Below, one piece after another: positions 1 through 12,389 of a stretch of DNA of 32,000 nucleotides; position 1 is the stretch's first letter, and the number at the start of each line of letters is the position of its first letter. The notes under the pieces are model-generated. The model was not told the DNA's origin and searched no databases. It saw nothing but the letters and a program-made list of their open reading frames with translations. Source of the DNA: Wigglesworthia glossinidia endosymbiont of Glossina morsitans morsitans (Yale colony). Its GTDB lineage: Bacteria > Pseudomonadota > Gammaproteobacteria > Enterobacterales > Enterobacteriaceae. The translations under genes and the position numbers were made by a program. The stretch lies in contig NC_016893.1 in assembly GCF_000247565.1 (NCBI RefSeq), positions 240,001 through 272,000 on the forward strand, read 5' to 3'.

Positions 1-67
1 TCATTTATTTGATGTAATTTTGCATCAGAAATAGTATTCACTATTTTTGAAAAAATATTATAATCGA

Positions 68-1078
68 TCATGTTATGATTTTTGACGAATCAATCTTTCC
101 TTGTTTTGATATAAATTGTACTTCTGACTCTAGTAGGATAAAAAATTTATTTTTGACTTTAAGAAAAATATAATGCGCTAAATTTAAAATTTCATATCCA
201 GTAGCAAATCCGGTATTTATAATAATTGCTGCCTGCTTATGATGCACCGCAGCTCTACCAAGACGAAATCCTTTTAATCCGCAACTATCAATCATCCACC
301 CCGCTGAAAACTTAAATTTATTATGAATAAAATTAAAACAAGGTGCATGAGGATATTTATTTAATATATCTTTTGTTTTTTGGATAGAAATTACAGGATT
401 TTTAAAGAAACTACCAGCGTTTCCAAAATGTTTAGGATTAGGAATTTTTTTTTGTCTAAGCCAACAAACAATTTTATATATTTGACGGGGAGTTACTAAT
501 TGTTTCCTTAGATAAGATAATCCAGAATAATTTAAACAAGCTTTCCATTTTTTTTTTAGCTGTAATCCGATCGCAACTATTGAGTAGTTATAAAAATATT
601 TGGTATTAAATATACTTGATCTATATCCAAAACTACAATCTTTAACATGTAATCGAATTTTTTTTCCTGTTTCTAACAATAATATATCTACGTACGTACA
701 TATCTGAGAAAGTTCCATTCCGTATGCTCCAATGTTTTGAATTGGAGCAGCTCCGACATAACCTGGAATTAAAGCTAAATTTTCAAGTCCTGGTATTTTT
801 CTTTTTAAGCACATAGTAACAATATTATTCCATACTTCTCCTGCGCATACATGTATGTTCCATGAAGATATGTTTTCAATAATTTTAAAACCTCGGATTC
901 TATTTAATATGATTATACCTTGATAGTATTTTTCTAAAAATAACACATTGCTCCCGGATCCAAGAAACAAAATAGGGTACTTATGCGCTAATTTTTGCCA
1001 TGTATTTATTAATTCGATTTCAGAAAAAACAGGAATTATTTTTTTTGCAATAACGTTAATAAAAAAAGTATTAAAAAT
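68..1078 (-). CDS. murB: UDP-N-acetylenolpyruvoylglucosamine reductase MurB; supplied ORF (68..970) is N-terminally short, homologous frame extends to about 1078 with a non-canonical start
   Basis: Translation contains GSGSNVLFLE, IPGLENLALIPGYVGAAPIQNIGAYG, GNAGSFFKNPV and AAVHHKQA, matching E. coli MurB; upstream in-frame residues IFNTFFINVIAKKIIPVFSEIELINTWQKLAHKYPILFLGSG align with the E. coli N-terminus ([26 protein letters not shown]...). Confidence 0.93.
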   Translation of the reverse strand: MFNTFFINVIAKKIIPVFSEIELINTWQKLAHKYPILFLGSGSNVLFLEKYYQGIIILNRIRGFKIIENISSWNIHVCAGEVWNNIVTMCLKRKIPGLENLALIPGYVGAAPIQNIGAYGMELSQICTYVDILLLETGKKIRLHVKDCSFGYRSSIFNTKYFYNYSIVAIGLQLKKKWKACLNYSGLSYLRKQLVTPRQIYKIVCWLRQKKIPNPKHFGNAGSFFKNPVISIQKTKDILNKYPHAPCFNFIHNKFKFSAGWMIDSCGLKGFRLGRAAVHHKQAAIIINTGFATGYEILNLAHYIFLKVKNKFFILLESEVQFISKQGKIDSSKIIT

Positions 1079-1428
1079 TTTTATTTATTTTCTCCAAATT
1101 AAATTTTTAATTTATTTAAATACAATTCATAAGAAATATAAGTTCGCCTTAAATAAATAATAGTTTGCAGGCATATTAGATATTTTTTATGCGAAATCGA
1201 ATTAGTATTTAAATTTTTTTATACTATAAATTTTAATTTACTGCAATTAAATATTAAAAATTTTTCATTATTTTATTTTTAAAAAAATTTTAAATGATCG
1301 TAATTGATAAATTATAAATATTCGTTTGAAATTTTTATGCATTAAAAATTTTATTGAATTAATTTTGCTATTTTTGAAAATTAATGATGTAATTATAGTG
1401 CGTAATTACTTCAACATAAAGTTTATTT

Positions 1429-3015
1429 ATGAAATTATCACTACGTAATGTTCAATGTGCACTTTTAAGTGTTTCAAATAAAACTGGAATTTTATTATTA
1501 GCACAAAATCTTGTTAAATATAACATAAAATTAGTTGCTACAAGCGGCACCGCAAAATATTTATCAAAACATGGTATTTCAGTAATTTCAGTTTCTGAAT
1601 ATATTGATTATCCAGAAATATTGAACGGAAAAATAAAAACACTACATCCTAAAATACATGCAGGTATTTTAAGCAATGATAGCGATCAAATTAATTGCTC
1701 TGATCGTAATTATTTTAAAATAGATATGGTAGTAACTAATTTTTATCCATTTTCTGAAGCAATTGAAAAAAATTATAAGATTACAGACATTTTGGAATAT
1801 ATTGACATTGGAGGGCTCGCTTTAGCAAGATCTGCAGCAAAAAATTATCGATGTGTAACTGTTTTAGTTGATCACAAACAATATCCTATGATAATTGAAG
1901 AGATGCATAGATTTTCTGGATCAACTAGCGTTCAGACTAGATTCTATTTGGCGATTATAGCATTTTCTTACACTTACAACTATGATAAAAAAATTTTTAA
2001 TTATTTTAACGAACAATATACGAAAATAAATAAAAATCAAATTCATTTAAAAAACAATAATTTTCCATATTTAATTTCTTCAATATTCCTTAAAAAGGAA
2101 GATATGAGATACGGAGAAAATCAGCACCAAAAATCGGCATTTTACACAGATACACAAGTATATCCTGGAACGGTATCTTATGCCAATCAAAAACAAGGAA
2201 AAAAATTATCATATAATAATATTATTGATGCCGATATAGCTATTGCATGTGTAATGAGTTTTGAAGAAATTGCTTGTGTGATTGTTAAACATGCCGTTCC
2301 ATGCAGTGTAGCTATATCAAATAATCTTGTTAATGCTTACAGCATAGCATATTCGTCAGACCCGTCTTCTTCGTTTGGAGGAATTATTGCTTTTAATAAA
2401 CCTTTAGACATTCAAACAGCTAGAATAATTACAAAACATCAATTTTCAGAATTAATTATTGCGCCAGTTATAGAAAAAAATGCCTTAACTGTATTAAAAG
2501 CTTATAAAAATATACGTGTTTTAGAATGCGGATATTTTGTCGAAAAATTTTCTTTAGAATTTAAAAGAGTTCACTGTGGTCTATTAGTACAGGAATATGA
2601 CAACTGTAATTTAAAAAAAAATAATTTAAATGTTGTAACAAACAAAATTCCTAGCACGTTAGAAGTTCAAAACGCCTTATTTTTATGGAAAATTATTAAA
2701 TTTGTAAAATCTAATGCTATTATTTATGGTAAAAATCAACAAACTTTAGGTATTGGATCAGGTCAATCTAGTAGAATATTCGCAGCTAAAGTAGCTTTTT
2801 ATAAAGCCCAAGAACAAAAATTTGATTTGCATCAAGCTATTATGGCTTCAGATGGATTTTTCCCATTCAGAGATACAGTTGATTTTGCTGCAAAATTAGG
2901 AATTTCTTGTATTATTCAACCAGGAGGTTCTATACACGATTTAAAAATTATTGCAGCTGCTAATGAACATAATATGTCAATGATTTTTACTAATGTGAGA
3001 TGTTTTCGTCATTAA
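1429..3015 (+). CDS. purH: Bifunctional AICAR transformylase/IMP cyclohydrolase
   Basis: 528 aa intact ORF; ALLSVSNKTGI, LIATSGT-like KLVATSGTAKYL, EILNGKIKTLHPKIHAGIL, MRYGENQHQKSA, SDGFFPFRDTVD, IIQPGGSIHD motifs. Confidence 0.97.
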   Translation: MKLSLRNVQCALLSVSNKTGILLLAQNLVKYNIKLVATSGTAKYLSKHGISVISVSEYIDYPEILNGKIKTLHPKIHAGILSNDSDQINCSDRNYFKIDMVVTNFYPFSEAIEKNYKITDILEYIDIGGLALARSAAKNYRCVTVLVDHKQYPMIIEEMHRFSGSTSVQTRFYLAIIAFSYTYNYDKKIFNYFNEQYTKINKNQIHLKNNNFPYLISSIFLKKEDMRYGENQHQKSAFYTDTQVYPGTVSYANQKQGKKLSYNNIIDADIAIACVMSFEEIACVIVKHAVPCSVAISNNLVNAYSIAYSSDPSSSFGGIIAFNKPLDIQTARIITKHQFSELIIAPVIEKNALTVLKAYKNIRVLECGYFVEKFSLEFKRVHCGLLVQEYDNCNLKKNNLNVVTNKIPSTLEVQNALFLWKIIKFVKSNAIIYGKNQQTLGIGSGQSSRIFAAKVAFYKAQEQKFDLHQAIMASDGFFPFRDTVDFAAKLGISCIIQPGGSIHDLKIIAAANEHNMSMIFTNVRCFRH

Positions 3016-3030
3016 ATAATTGGAAATTGT

Positions 3031-4332
3031 ATGAAAATACTTGTTATAGGTAGTGGAGGAAGAGAGCACGCAATATCGTGGAAAATTGCACAATCTTCAG
3101 AAGTAAAAAAGATATATGTAGCACCTGGAAACGGAGGAACATTCTTAGAACCTAAATTACGAAATATAAACATTGCTTCAGTTGATATTCAAAAATTAAT
3201 ATCTTTTGCAAAAGAGAAAAGAATCTTATTTACTATAGTTGGACCAGAAGAGCCTTTATATTATGGCATCGTAGATGCTTTTATGTCCGAAAATCTATTA
3301 ATTTTTGGACCTACCAAATTTGCTGCACAATTAGAAACTTCTAAAGTTTTTGCTAAAAAATTTTTAAAAAAATATAATATTCCTAGCGCAAAATATAAAA
3401 TATTTTATAATAAAGATTCTGCTATACAATATGTAAAAAAGAAAAAATTTCCAATAGTAATTAAAGCTGACGGTTTATCCTTTGGCAAAGGTGTCAAAAT
3501 AGCGTACAATGTAGAAGAGGCAGAAAAATTTATTGAAGATGTTTTGATTAATAAAATTTTTAATATTTCAGAATCTTCAATATTGATAGAAGAAATGTTA
3601 TACGGAGAAGAAATTAGCTTCACTTTAATTATTAATAAAACTAGTATTATGCCACTCGCTATATCTCAAGATCATAAGCGTGTTGGATCAGGAGATATCG
3701 GAAATAATACAGGTGGAATGGGAGCTTATTCTCCAGTATCATTAGTAACATATAAGATATATCATAAAATTATGCAAAATATTATATATCCTACAATTTC
3801 AGGGATGATTAAGGAAAATCTTATTTATACTGGAATATTATATGTAGGTATATTAATTGATAAAAATTTTCAACCATATGTTATTGAATTTAACTGTCGA
3901 TTTGGAGATCCAGAGGCTCAAACAATTTTGTTTAGAATGAAATCTGATTTTTTGTCACATATCTTATCTGCTATTTTTGGAAATTTAGATACACAAAGCG
4001 TTGAATTAGATTATCGATATTCTATGGGATTAATATTAGCTACTTCTAATTATCCTGAATCATATCCTATTGGATTAAATATTTCTGGATTATTTTCTCA
4101 AAATACGACAAGCGAATCGAAAATATTCCACTGCGCTACTAAAATCAATCAAAAACAAATTATTACAAATGGTGGTAGAGTGCTATGCGTTACATCTTTA
4201 GGAAATTCTATTGAAAATTTACAAGAAATCACAAATGGTATTGCAAAATTAGTTCATTGGAACGGTAAATTTTTTAGAAAAGATATTGGTCATCGCGAAA
4301 AATTTTATTGTACTTCAGATAAAAAGATATAA
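3031..4332 (+). CDS. purD: Phosphoribosylamine-glycine ligase
   Basis: 433 aa; [70 protein letters not shown]; directly downstream of purH as in E. coli. Confidence 0.97.
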   Translation: MKILVIGSGGREHAISWKIAQSSEVKKIYVAPGNGGTFLEPKLRNINIASVDIQKLISFAKEKRILFTIVGPEEPLYYGIVDAFMSENLLIFGPTKFAAQLETSKVFAKKFLKKYNIPSAKYKIFYNKDSAIQYVKKKKFPIVIKADGLSFGKGVKIAYNVEEAEKFIEDVLINKIFNISESSILIEEMLYGEEISFTLIINKTSIMPLAISQDHKRVGSGDIGNNTGGMGAYSPVSLVTYKIYHKIMQNIIYPTISGMIKENLIYTGILYVGILIDKNFQPYVIEFNCRFGDPEAQTILFRMKSDFLSHILSAIFGNLDTQSVELDYRYSMGLILATSNYPESYPIGLNISGLFSQNTTSESKIFHCATKINQKQIITNGGRVLCVTSLGNSIENLQEITNGIAKLVHWNGKFFRKDIGHREKFYCTSDKKI

Positions 4333-4358
4333 AAATTTTCAAAATACAACTACTTAAT

Positions 4359-4388
4359 ACGACTCTTCTTTGTTAAAAGAAGAGTCGT
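4359..4388. terminator. Bidirectional rho-independent-like terminator between convergent purD and hupA
   Basis: Perfect 13-bp inverted repeat ACGACTCTTCTTT (4359-4371) - GTTA loop - AAAGAAGAGTCGT (4376-4388), located between the two convergent stop codons; flanking A/T-rich sequence. Confidence 0.82.
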
Positions 4389-4409
4389 TATACTTTTATG
4401 CAATTGTAT

Positions 4410-4682
4410 TTATTTCACTGCTTCTTTTAATGTTTTTCCAGAAACAAACATAGGAACATTTGCAGCTGCAATTTTTATTTCTTTTCCCGTTTGTGGATTT
4501 CTACCTATTCTAGCATTTCTTCTATGAATTTTAAAAGTACCAAAGCCAATTAACTGTACCGCATTACCTGCTTTTAAAGATGTGATAATAGCTTCTAAAG
4601 TGGATTCTAAAGCAGCTTTTGCTTTAATTTTAGGTAAATCAGTTTTATTAGCAATAACATCAATTAGTTGTGTTTTATTCAT
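4410..4682 (-). CDS. hupA: DNA-binding protein HU-alpha
   Basis: 90 aa, [13 protein letters not shown]...[45 protein letters not shown], near-identical pattern to E. coli HU; same locus as in E. coli (purHD-hupA-hemE). Confidence 0.96.
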   Translation of the reverse strand: MNKTQLIDVIANKTDLPKIKAKAALESTLEAIITSLKAGNAVQLIGFGTFKIHRRNARIGRNPQTGKEIKIAAANVPMFVSGKTLKEAVK

Positions 4683-5051
4683 TATAGTATTACCTTTATG
4701 TTTTGCGATTAAATAAACATTAGAATTTAATAATAAAATAAATTTTTAATTTTTATTCAATAGATATAAGTTTATTATTAAATTTAATATTTATTAAATA
4801 TAATTTTTTAAATCATTTACTTTTTGTATTTTTTAGTGATCAATATTAAAAATTATTTTTTATTTAATATTAAATTTTAATGATGTTCGCAAATAACATA
4901 GCTTATCATAAATTATTTTTAAAGAAATTTTTCTTACTGTTTAACAGAGAATATTAATATAAATTTTATGTATTATATTATAAATATAATATTTGAATTA
5001 TTATTTTAATATTTTATTAAAAATATAATATTCATAAAAAACAATTATATA

Positions 5052-6125
5052 TTAATATATTTTTTGATGATATTTTTGAGATAATTGATGCACAGAATCA
5101 ACTAAAAATTTTACTTTTTTTGGATCAGTATCTGGCAATATACCGTGTCCAAGACTAAATATATGACCTTCTCTAAATCCAAATCGAGATAAAATTAAAT
5201 CAGTTTCTTTTTGAATATAATTTTCTTCAGCGTATAAAACATGAGGATCCATATTTCCTTGTAAAGCAACATATTTTCCAACTTTTTTAAGAGCTTTTTG
5301 AATATCAACACTCCAATCTAAAGCAATAACGTCACATCCAGATGAAACAATGTCTTTTAGCCAAGCATTAGCATTTTTTGTAAAAACTGTTACAGGGATT
5401 TTATATTCATTTTTTATAAGAGATAATTGTTTTATTATTTTTTGGATATAAAATAAGGAAAACTTTTTGTATTTTTTTCGATTTAATATTCCACCCCAAG
5501 TATCAAAAATTACAATAGCACTAACTCCGGCGTTAATTTGTGCATTTAAATATAAAATCACAGAATCTGTAAGTTTTTTTAGTAAAAAATGTAAATCTTT
5601 AGGATTTTCATATAACATTTTTTTTATTTTGGAAAAATTTTTTTTTGCGTTTCCTTCTATCATATAGCATGCTAAAGTCCAAGGACTGCCGGAAAATCCG
5701 ATTAATGGAATTTTGTAAGAAATTTCATGACATACTATTTTAATAATTTTTAAAACATAATTCATATGTTCTTCAGGATGTGGAACAATTAATTTCTCCA
5801 TATCAAAACGTGATTTAATAGGATTGAGAAAACAAGGACCAAAATCATTTAAAAAAGTTAGATTCATTCCCATAGCGTATGGTACAATTAAAATGTCTGA
5901 AAATAAAATAGCTGCATCTAAAGAAAAAAGATTTATTGGCAATAATGTTGCTTGACTAGCTAATTCCACGTTTAAACATAAAGATAAAAAATCTCCGGCT
6001 TTCTTTTTAATATTTTGATATTCAGGCAAATATCTACCGGACTGACGCATAATCCAAATTGGTGTTTTATTGACTTTTTTTCGAAATGCTGCTTTTAAAT
6101 AACAATCATTTTTGAAAATTTGCAT
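5052..6125 (-). CDS. hemE: Uroporphyrinogen decarboxylase
   Basis: 357 aa; PIWIMRQSGRYLPEY, FSDILIVPYAMGM, LIGFSGSPWTLACYMIEG, YVALQGNMDPHVLYA, FSLGHGILPDTDP. Confidence 0.96.
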   Translation of the reverse strand: MQIFKNDCYLKAAFRKKVNKTPIWIMRQSGRYLPEYQNIKKKAGDFLSLCLNVELASQATLLPINLFSLDAAILFSDILIVPYAMGMNLTFLNDFGPCFLNPIKSRFDMEKLIVPHPEEHMNYVLKIIKIVCHEISYKIPLIGFSGSPWTLACYMIEGNAKKNFSKIKKMLYENPKDLHFLLKKLTDSVILYLNAQINAGVSAIVIFDTWGGILNRKKYKKFSLFYIQKIIKQLSLIKNEYKIPVTVFTKNANAWLKDIVSSGCDVIALDWSVDIQKALKKVGKYVALQGNMDPHVLYAEENYIQKETDLILSRFGFREGHIFSLGHGILPDTDPKKVKFLVDSVHQLSQKYHQKIY

Positions 6126-6390
6126 GATAAATTCCGTATTCGTATTTTTTATTTTGTAAAAAAAATAATTAAATTTTGTACATATTTAGTAGATGTATAA
6201 AAAAAATAAATAATTTTTAATTTTTCTTGCAAAAAAAAAATTTAGTGGCAATATATAAATTATACAATACTCATTTAGTTTATAATAAAAATATTATTCA
6301 GCTTATTTTAATTTATAAAAATTAAAAAAATAAAAAATATAATGCAATTTTTTTATTTTGATTCAAGTTAATAAGATTCTAAATAATTAA

Positions 6391-8926
<2,536 letters not shown>

Positions 8927-8963
8927 AAAATATTAAATATTAAAAATTTAATGAAAATAAAAA

Positions 8964-9713
8964 ATGAATGATATAAGTAACATAAACTTTTTACGATATA
9001 GCCGTCAAATTCTTTTAAAAGAAATAGGAATATCTGGACAAAAAAAATTAGAATGCTCCAAGATTTTAATAATAGGTTTAGGAGGAATAGGATCTTCTGC
9101 ATCTATTTATTTAGCATCTGCAGGGATTGGTACTTTATTGTTAGCGGATTATGATTTGATAGAAATTTCTAATTTGCATAGACAAATATTATATTCCACA
9201 TATGATATAAAAAAAAGTAAAGCTAATGTTGCTAAACATAAATTATTCAATCACAATCAATCTACTAAATATTTTGCAATAAAAAAAAAATTAAATAAGA
9301 AAAATATACACAAATATATAAATTATTCAGATTTAATTTTAGACTGTACAGATACAATGTATACTCGACAAATTATAAATTCTATATGTGTAAGTGAAAA
9401 TAAACCGTTAATTAGCGCTAGTGCTATAGGATTCAAAGGTCAACTATTATCAATTTGGCCACCATGAAAAAATGGATGCTATTCTTGTTTATTTACAGAT
9501 AAAACTGAAATACGACAAAATTGCCAAGAATACGGGGTTTTAGGACCAGTAGCAGGATTAATGGGAATCTTGCAAGCATTAGAAGCAATTAAATTTATTA
9601 TTGGAATACATGACAAGCGTGAAAAAATAAAAATGTTTAACGGCAAAACGTTGCAATTAACAACATTAAAATTAACAAAAAATAAACATTGTACTGTTTG
9701 TATGAAACAGTAA
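8964..9713 (+). pseudogene. thiF: ThiS adenylyltransferase ThiF, interrupted by one in-frame TGA at 9465-9467 (possible recoding, readthrough or recent nonsense mutation)
   Basis: ORF 8964-9467 matches ThiF N-terminus (RYSRQILLKEIGISGQKKLECSKILIIGLGGIGSSASIYLASAGIGTL, DCTDTMYTRQIIN, SASAIGFKGQLLSIWPP); the same frame continues after the TGA as KNGCYSCLFTDKTEIRQNCQEYGVLGPVAGLMGILQALEAIKFIIGIHDKREKIKMFNGKTLQLTTLKLTKNKHCTVCMKQ and ends in TAA at 9711; total 250 codons with stop. Confidence 0.93.
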
Positions 9714-9725
9714 GTTTAAATAAAT

Positions 9726-9926
9726 ATGAAAATTATACTAAATAACATCAAAACAGAAATAAATAACACAACTACACTTTTAGAGCTAGTTTCTATTTAT
9801 CAAAAAGAAACATTCGGATTAGCAATTGCAGTAAATGATGTTGTTATACCGAAAGAAAAATGGTCAATTTTTAAAATTAAAAATTATGATAATGTTGTTT
9901 TGTTCCAAGCTATAGCTGGAGGATAA
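9726..9926 (+). CDS. thiS: Sulfur carrier protein ThiS
   Basis: 66 aa small ORF between thiF and thiG; ends in the required Gly-Gly (AIAGG); FGLAIAVNDVVIPKEKW. Confidence 0.93.
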   Translation: MKIILNNIKTEINNTTTLLELVSIYQKETFGLAIAVNDVVIPKEKWSIFKIKNYDNVVLFQAIAGG

Positions 9927-10691
9927 ATGTTAAAAATAAACAATACTATATTTAAATCTAGATTATTTCTTGGAACAGGTAAATTTTCTTCTAATGAAAA
10001 AATGTTGCAATCAATATATGCATCTGAAAGCGAATTAGTAACACTATCTATACGTAGAATGGATTTAAATAACAAAACAGATGAATTTTTAAATGCATTA
10101 AATAAATCTAAAGTAAAATTATTACCGAATACGTCTGGTGCAAATAACGCTAAAGAAGCAATAATTGCCGCTAACTTAGCCAGAGAAGCATTACACACAA
10201 ATTGGATTAAATTAGAAATTCATCCGGAAAAAAAATATTTATTACCTGATCCTATAGAAACATTATATGCATCTGAAAAATTAGTTAAATCAGGATTTGT
10301 AGTATTACCATATTGCAGTCCAGATCCAGTTTTATGTCATAGACTTGAAGAAGTAGGATGTAGCGCAGTTATGCCTCTTGGTGCTCCAATTGGCAGTAAT
10401 CAAGGATTAGTAAGTCGTTATTTTTTAAATATTATTATTGAACAAATTCACATTCCAATTATTATCGATGCAGGAATTGGACAACCTAGTCATGCGATGG
10501 AAGCAATAGAAATGGGAGCAGATGCAGTGCTAGTAAATACTGCTATTGCCACAGCAAATGATCCGATAAGAATGGCAAAATGTTTTAAAACTGCTGTACA
10601 AGCAGCAGAAATGGCAAAAAAATCTGGATTTGCTAAAAAAAACTTATTTTCTGTCAAAAGCAGTCCATTGACTAAATTTCTTAATAATTAG
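9927..10691 (+). CDS. thiG: Thiazole synthase ThiG
   Basis: 254 aa; [93 protein letters not shown]. Confidence 0.97.
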   Translation: MLKINNTIFKSRLFLGTGKFSSNEKMLQSIYASESELVTLSIRRMDLNNKTDEFLNALNKSKVKLLPNTSGANNAKEAIIAANLAREALHTNWIKLEIHPEKKYLLPDPIETLYASEKLVKSGFVVLPYCSPDPVLCHRLEEVGCSAVMPLGAPIGSNQGLVSRYFLNIIIEQIHIPIIIDAGIGQPSHAMEAIEMGADAVLVNTAIATANDPIRMAKCFKTAVQAAEMAKKSGFAKKNLFSVKSSPLTKFLNN

Positions 10692-10699
10692 AGAAAAAT

Positions 10700-11818
10700 A
10701 TGCAAAGTTTTCAAAAAATTTGGGAAACGATTCAATGGAATAAAATCGCACATGAAATTTCTATATGCAAAGATTATAATGTTCAAAAAACACTATCAAA
10801 AAAAATTTTTTATCTGAATGATATTATACCTCTCTTATCAAAAGCGGCCGAACCATATTTAGAAGAATTATCTCAAATTGCTCAAAATTTAACTCATATA
10901 CGTTTTGGAAAAACTATTCGTTTTTTTGCACCATTATATCTTTCTAATTTTTGTGCGAATGATTGTACTTATTGTGGTTTTTCTATGAAAAATAAAATAC
11001 GTAGAAAAGTTTTAAATGAAAATGAAGTGCTACAAGAATGTAATAATATTCTTCAAAATAATATTAGTCATATATTATTAGTAAGCGGAGAACACGAAAA
11101 AATAGCTGGAATTGATTATTTTTCAAAAATTATTTTATTAATTCGTAAGAAATTTAGCTCTATTTTAATGGAAGTTCAACCTTTATCTGAACAAAATTAT
11201 TCAGTATTAAAAAATTTAGGTTTAGACGGCGTTATAATATATCAAGAAACATATAATATAAAATCATATAGTCAACATCACATACGTGGAAAAAAACAAA
11301 ATTTTTTTTGGAGATTACAAACTCCAGAAAGATTAGCTCAAACTAATATGGAAAAAATAGGTCTTGGTATACTTGTTGGTTTATCAAATAATTGGCGTGT
11401 AGATTGTTATTTTTTAGCATGTCATATTTACTATTTAAGAACGATATATTGGAAATCAAATTATTCAATATCTATTTTAAGATTACGACCATGTTTGAAT
11501 GGCATTCAACCATGTTCTATTATGACTGATCGAGAACTATTACAAGCTATGTGTGCATTTCGTATATTATTTCCAGAAATAGAAATTTCTTTATCTACTA
11601 GAGAATCAGAAAAGTTCCGCGATCATGTTGCTCCAATTTTAATTAACAATATTAGTGCTGGATCTAAAACACAACCTGGAGGCTATGTAACATCAAAAAC
11701 AGAACTGGAACAATTTTCTCCACAAGACCATCGTTCCCCTAAAGAGGTGGCTGATGTTCTTATAAAGAAAGGGTTGTCTATAATTTGGAAAGATTGGGAT
11801 TACTATTTAGGAAGATAA
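10700..11818 (+). CDS. thiH: 2-iminoacetate synthase (tyrosine lyase) ThiH, radical SAM
   Basis: 372 aa; radical-SAM motif CANDCTYCGF; ILLVSGEHE, MEVQPLSEQNY, GVIIYQETYN, INNISAGSKTQPGGY. Confidence 0.96.
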   Translation: MQSFQKIWETIQWNKIAHEISICKDYNVQKTLSKKIFYLNDIIPLLSKAAEPYLEELSQIAQNLTHIRFGKTIRFFAPLYLSNFCANDCTYCGFSMKNKIRRKVLNENEVLQECNNILQNNISHILLVSGEHEKIAGIDYFSKIILLIRKKFSSILMEVQPLSEQNYSVLKNLGLDGVIIYQETYNIKSYSQHHIRGKKQNFFWRLQTPERLAQTNMEKIGLGILVGLSNNWRVDCYFLACHIYYLRTIYWKSNYSISILRLRPCLNGIQPCSIMTDRELLQAMCAFRILFPEIEISLSTRESEKFRDHVAPILINNISAGSKTQPGGYVTSKTELEQFSPQDHRSPKEVADVLIKKGLSIIWKDWDYYLGR

Positions 11819-11870
11819 TAAAATAAAAAACAATTTTTAAATTTTATCAATTTTTTGAAGTTAACTTTCA

Positions 11871-11895
11871 TTTTAAGTGTTACTTAAAAAGTTTT
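11871..11895 (+). terminator. Weak candidate terminator downstream of the thi cluster
   Basis: TTTTAAGT-GTT-ACTTAAAA perfect 8-bp stem (11871-11889) followed by AGTTTT; AT-only stem apart from one G-C pair, so weak. Confidence 0.35.
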
Positions 11896-12012
11896 AAATA
11901 TAATAAAATTTCTGTATTGTAAAACATTTTAAATATTTTATAACATTTACTTTAAAAGTACATTTAATATTAAATATTTTTATGCAAAAAAAAACCAAAA
12001 ATAATCTTTGAA

Positions 12013-12330
12013 TTAATTTCTTAATCTTGGAGTTTTTAATTGTTTTTTAATAGATGCTGATAATTCATCCAATTTTGGTTGTTCCGGATGCACAGGGAAT
12101 ATTTCGTATCCTAATTGTGCTTCTGCCAGATAAGTATGCACTGGCTTGCCATCTTCATCTTCCATGACAACATAGTACCAAGGTGATGTGCGTAAACTAT
12201 CATCTGCAGAAATCTCTTCTAAAGACGGCTTTTCTAAAGAATACTCTGGATCTACATCGATTACTACTCCTAAGTATCCAAGCAATTTATGTCGCACTTG
12301 TTGTCCTATACCGAACTTACTTGCAATCAT
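12013..12330 (-). CDS. hspQ: Heat-shock protein HspQ / hemimethylated DNA-binding family
   Basis: 105 aa; [32 protein letters not shown]...[24 protein letters not shown]...[10 protein letters not shown]...[10 protein letters not shown], co-linear with E. coli HspQ of the same length. Confidence 0.96.
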   Translation of the reverse strand: MIASKFGIGQQVRHKLLGYLGVVIDVDPEYSLEKPSLEEISADDSLRTSPWYYVVMEDEDGKPVHTYLAEAQLGYEIFPVHPEQPKLDELSASIKKQLKTPRLRN

Positions 12331-12360
12331 AAAACCTCCGGATAAATTAAATTTTGATAT

Positions 12361-12389
12361 ATCATATGACAGAGATCAATAAAATTCAA
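12361..12389 (-). promoter_or_regulatory. Putative promoter of hspQ
   Basis: On the minus strand TTGAAT (12389-12384) - 17 nt - TATGAT (12366-12361); GGAGG Shine-Dalgarno at 12339-12335 just before ATG at 12330; the -35 lies in CTTGAA, reminiscent of a sigma-32 -35 half, but there is no CCCCAT -10. Confidence 0.5.

Noticed and set aside
1-60. Possible start of another minus-strand gene downstream of murB (GTG at 41-39: MNTISDAKLHQIND...)
   Set aside because: Only about 14 codons are visible and I cannot match them to birA or any other known neighbour; not reported as a feature.
948-1160. 70-aa plus-strand ORF
   Set aside because: Antisense to the conserved N-terminal part of murB; no recognisable similarity.
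3405-3623. 72-aa minus ORF inside purD
   Set aside because: Antisense shadow ORF of a clearly conserved gene; same reasoning for 5467-5667 (hemE), 7439-7636 (out-of-frame within thiC), 8770-9102 (thiE/thiF), 9884-10198 (thiG), 12188-12382 (hspQ), 13121-13501 (rpiA) and 13995-14180 (glyA).
4683-5051. Gap between hupA and hemE as a possible small RNA or gene
   Set aside because: E. coli carries yjaG and nfi here; the interval is featureless A/T and fits simple gene loss.
6230-6239. Homopolymer A-run and AT repeats upstream of thiC as regulatory repeats
   Set aside because: Such runs occur throughout the window; no periodic or inverted structure beyond background.
9465-9467. Genome-wide UGA=Trp recoding to explain the thiF stop
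   Set aside because: murB (TGA 70-68) and aroE (TGA 17938-17936) terminate at TGA near where homologues end, and Trp positions elsewhere use TGG; a code change is not supported by this window.
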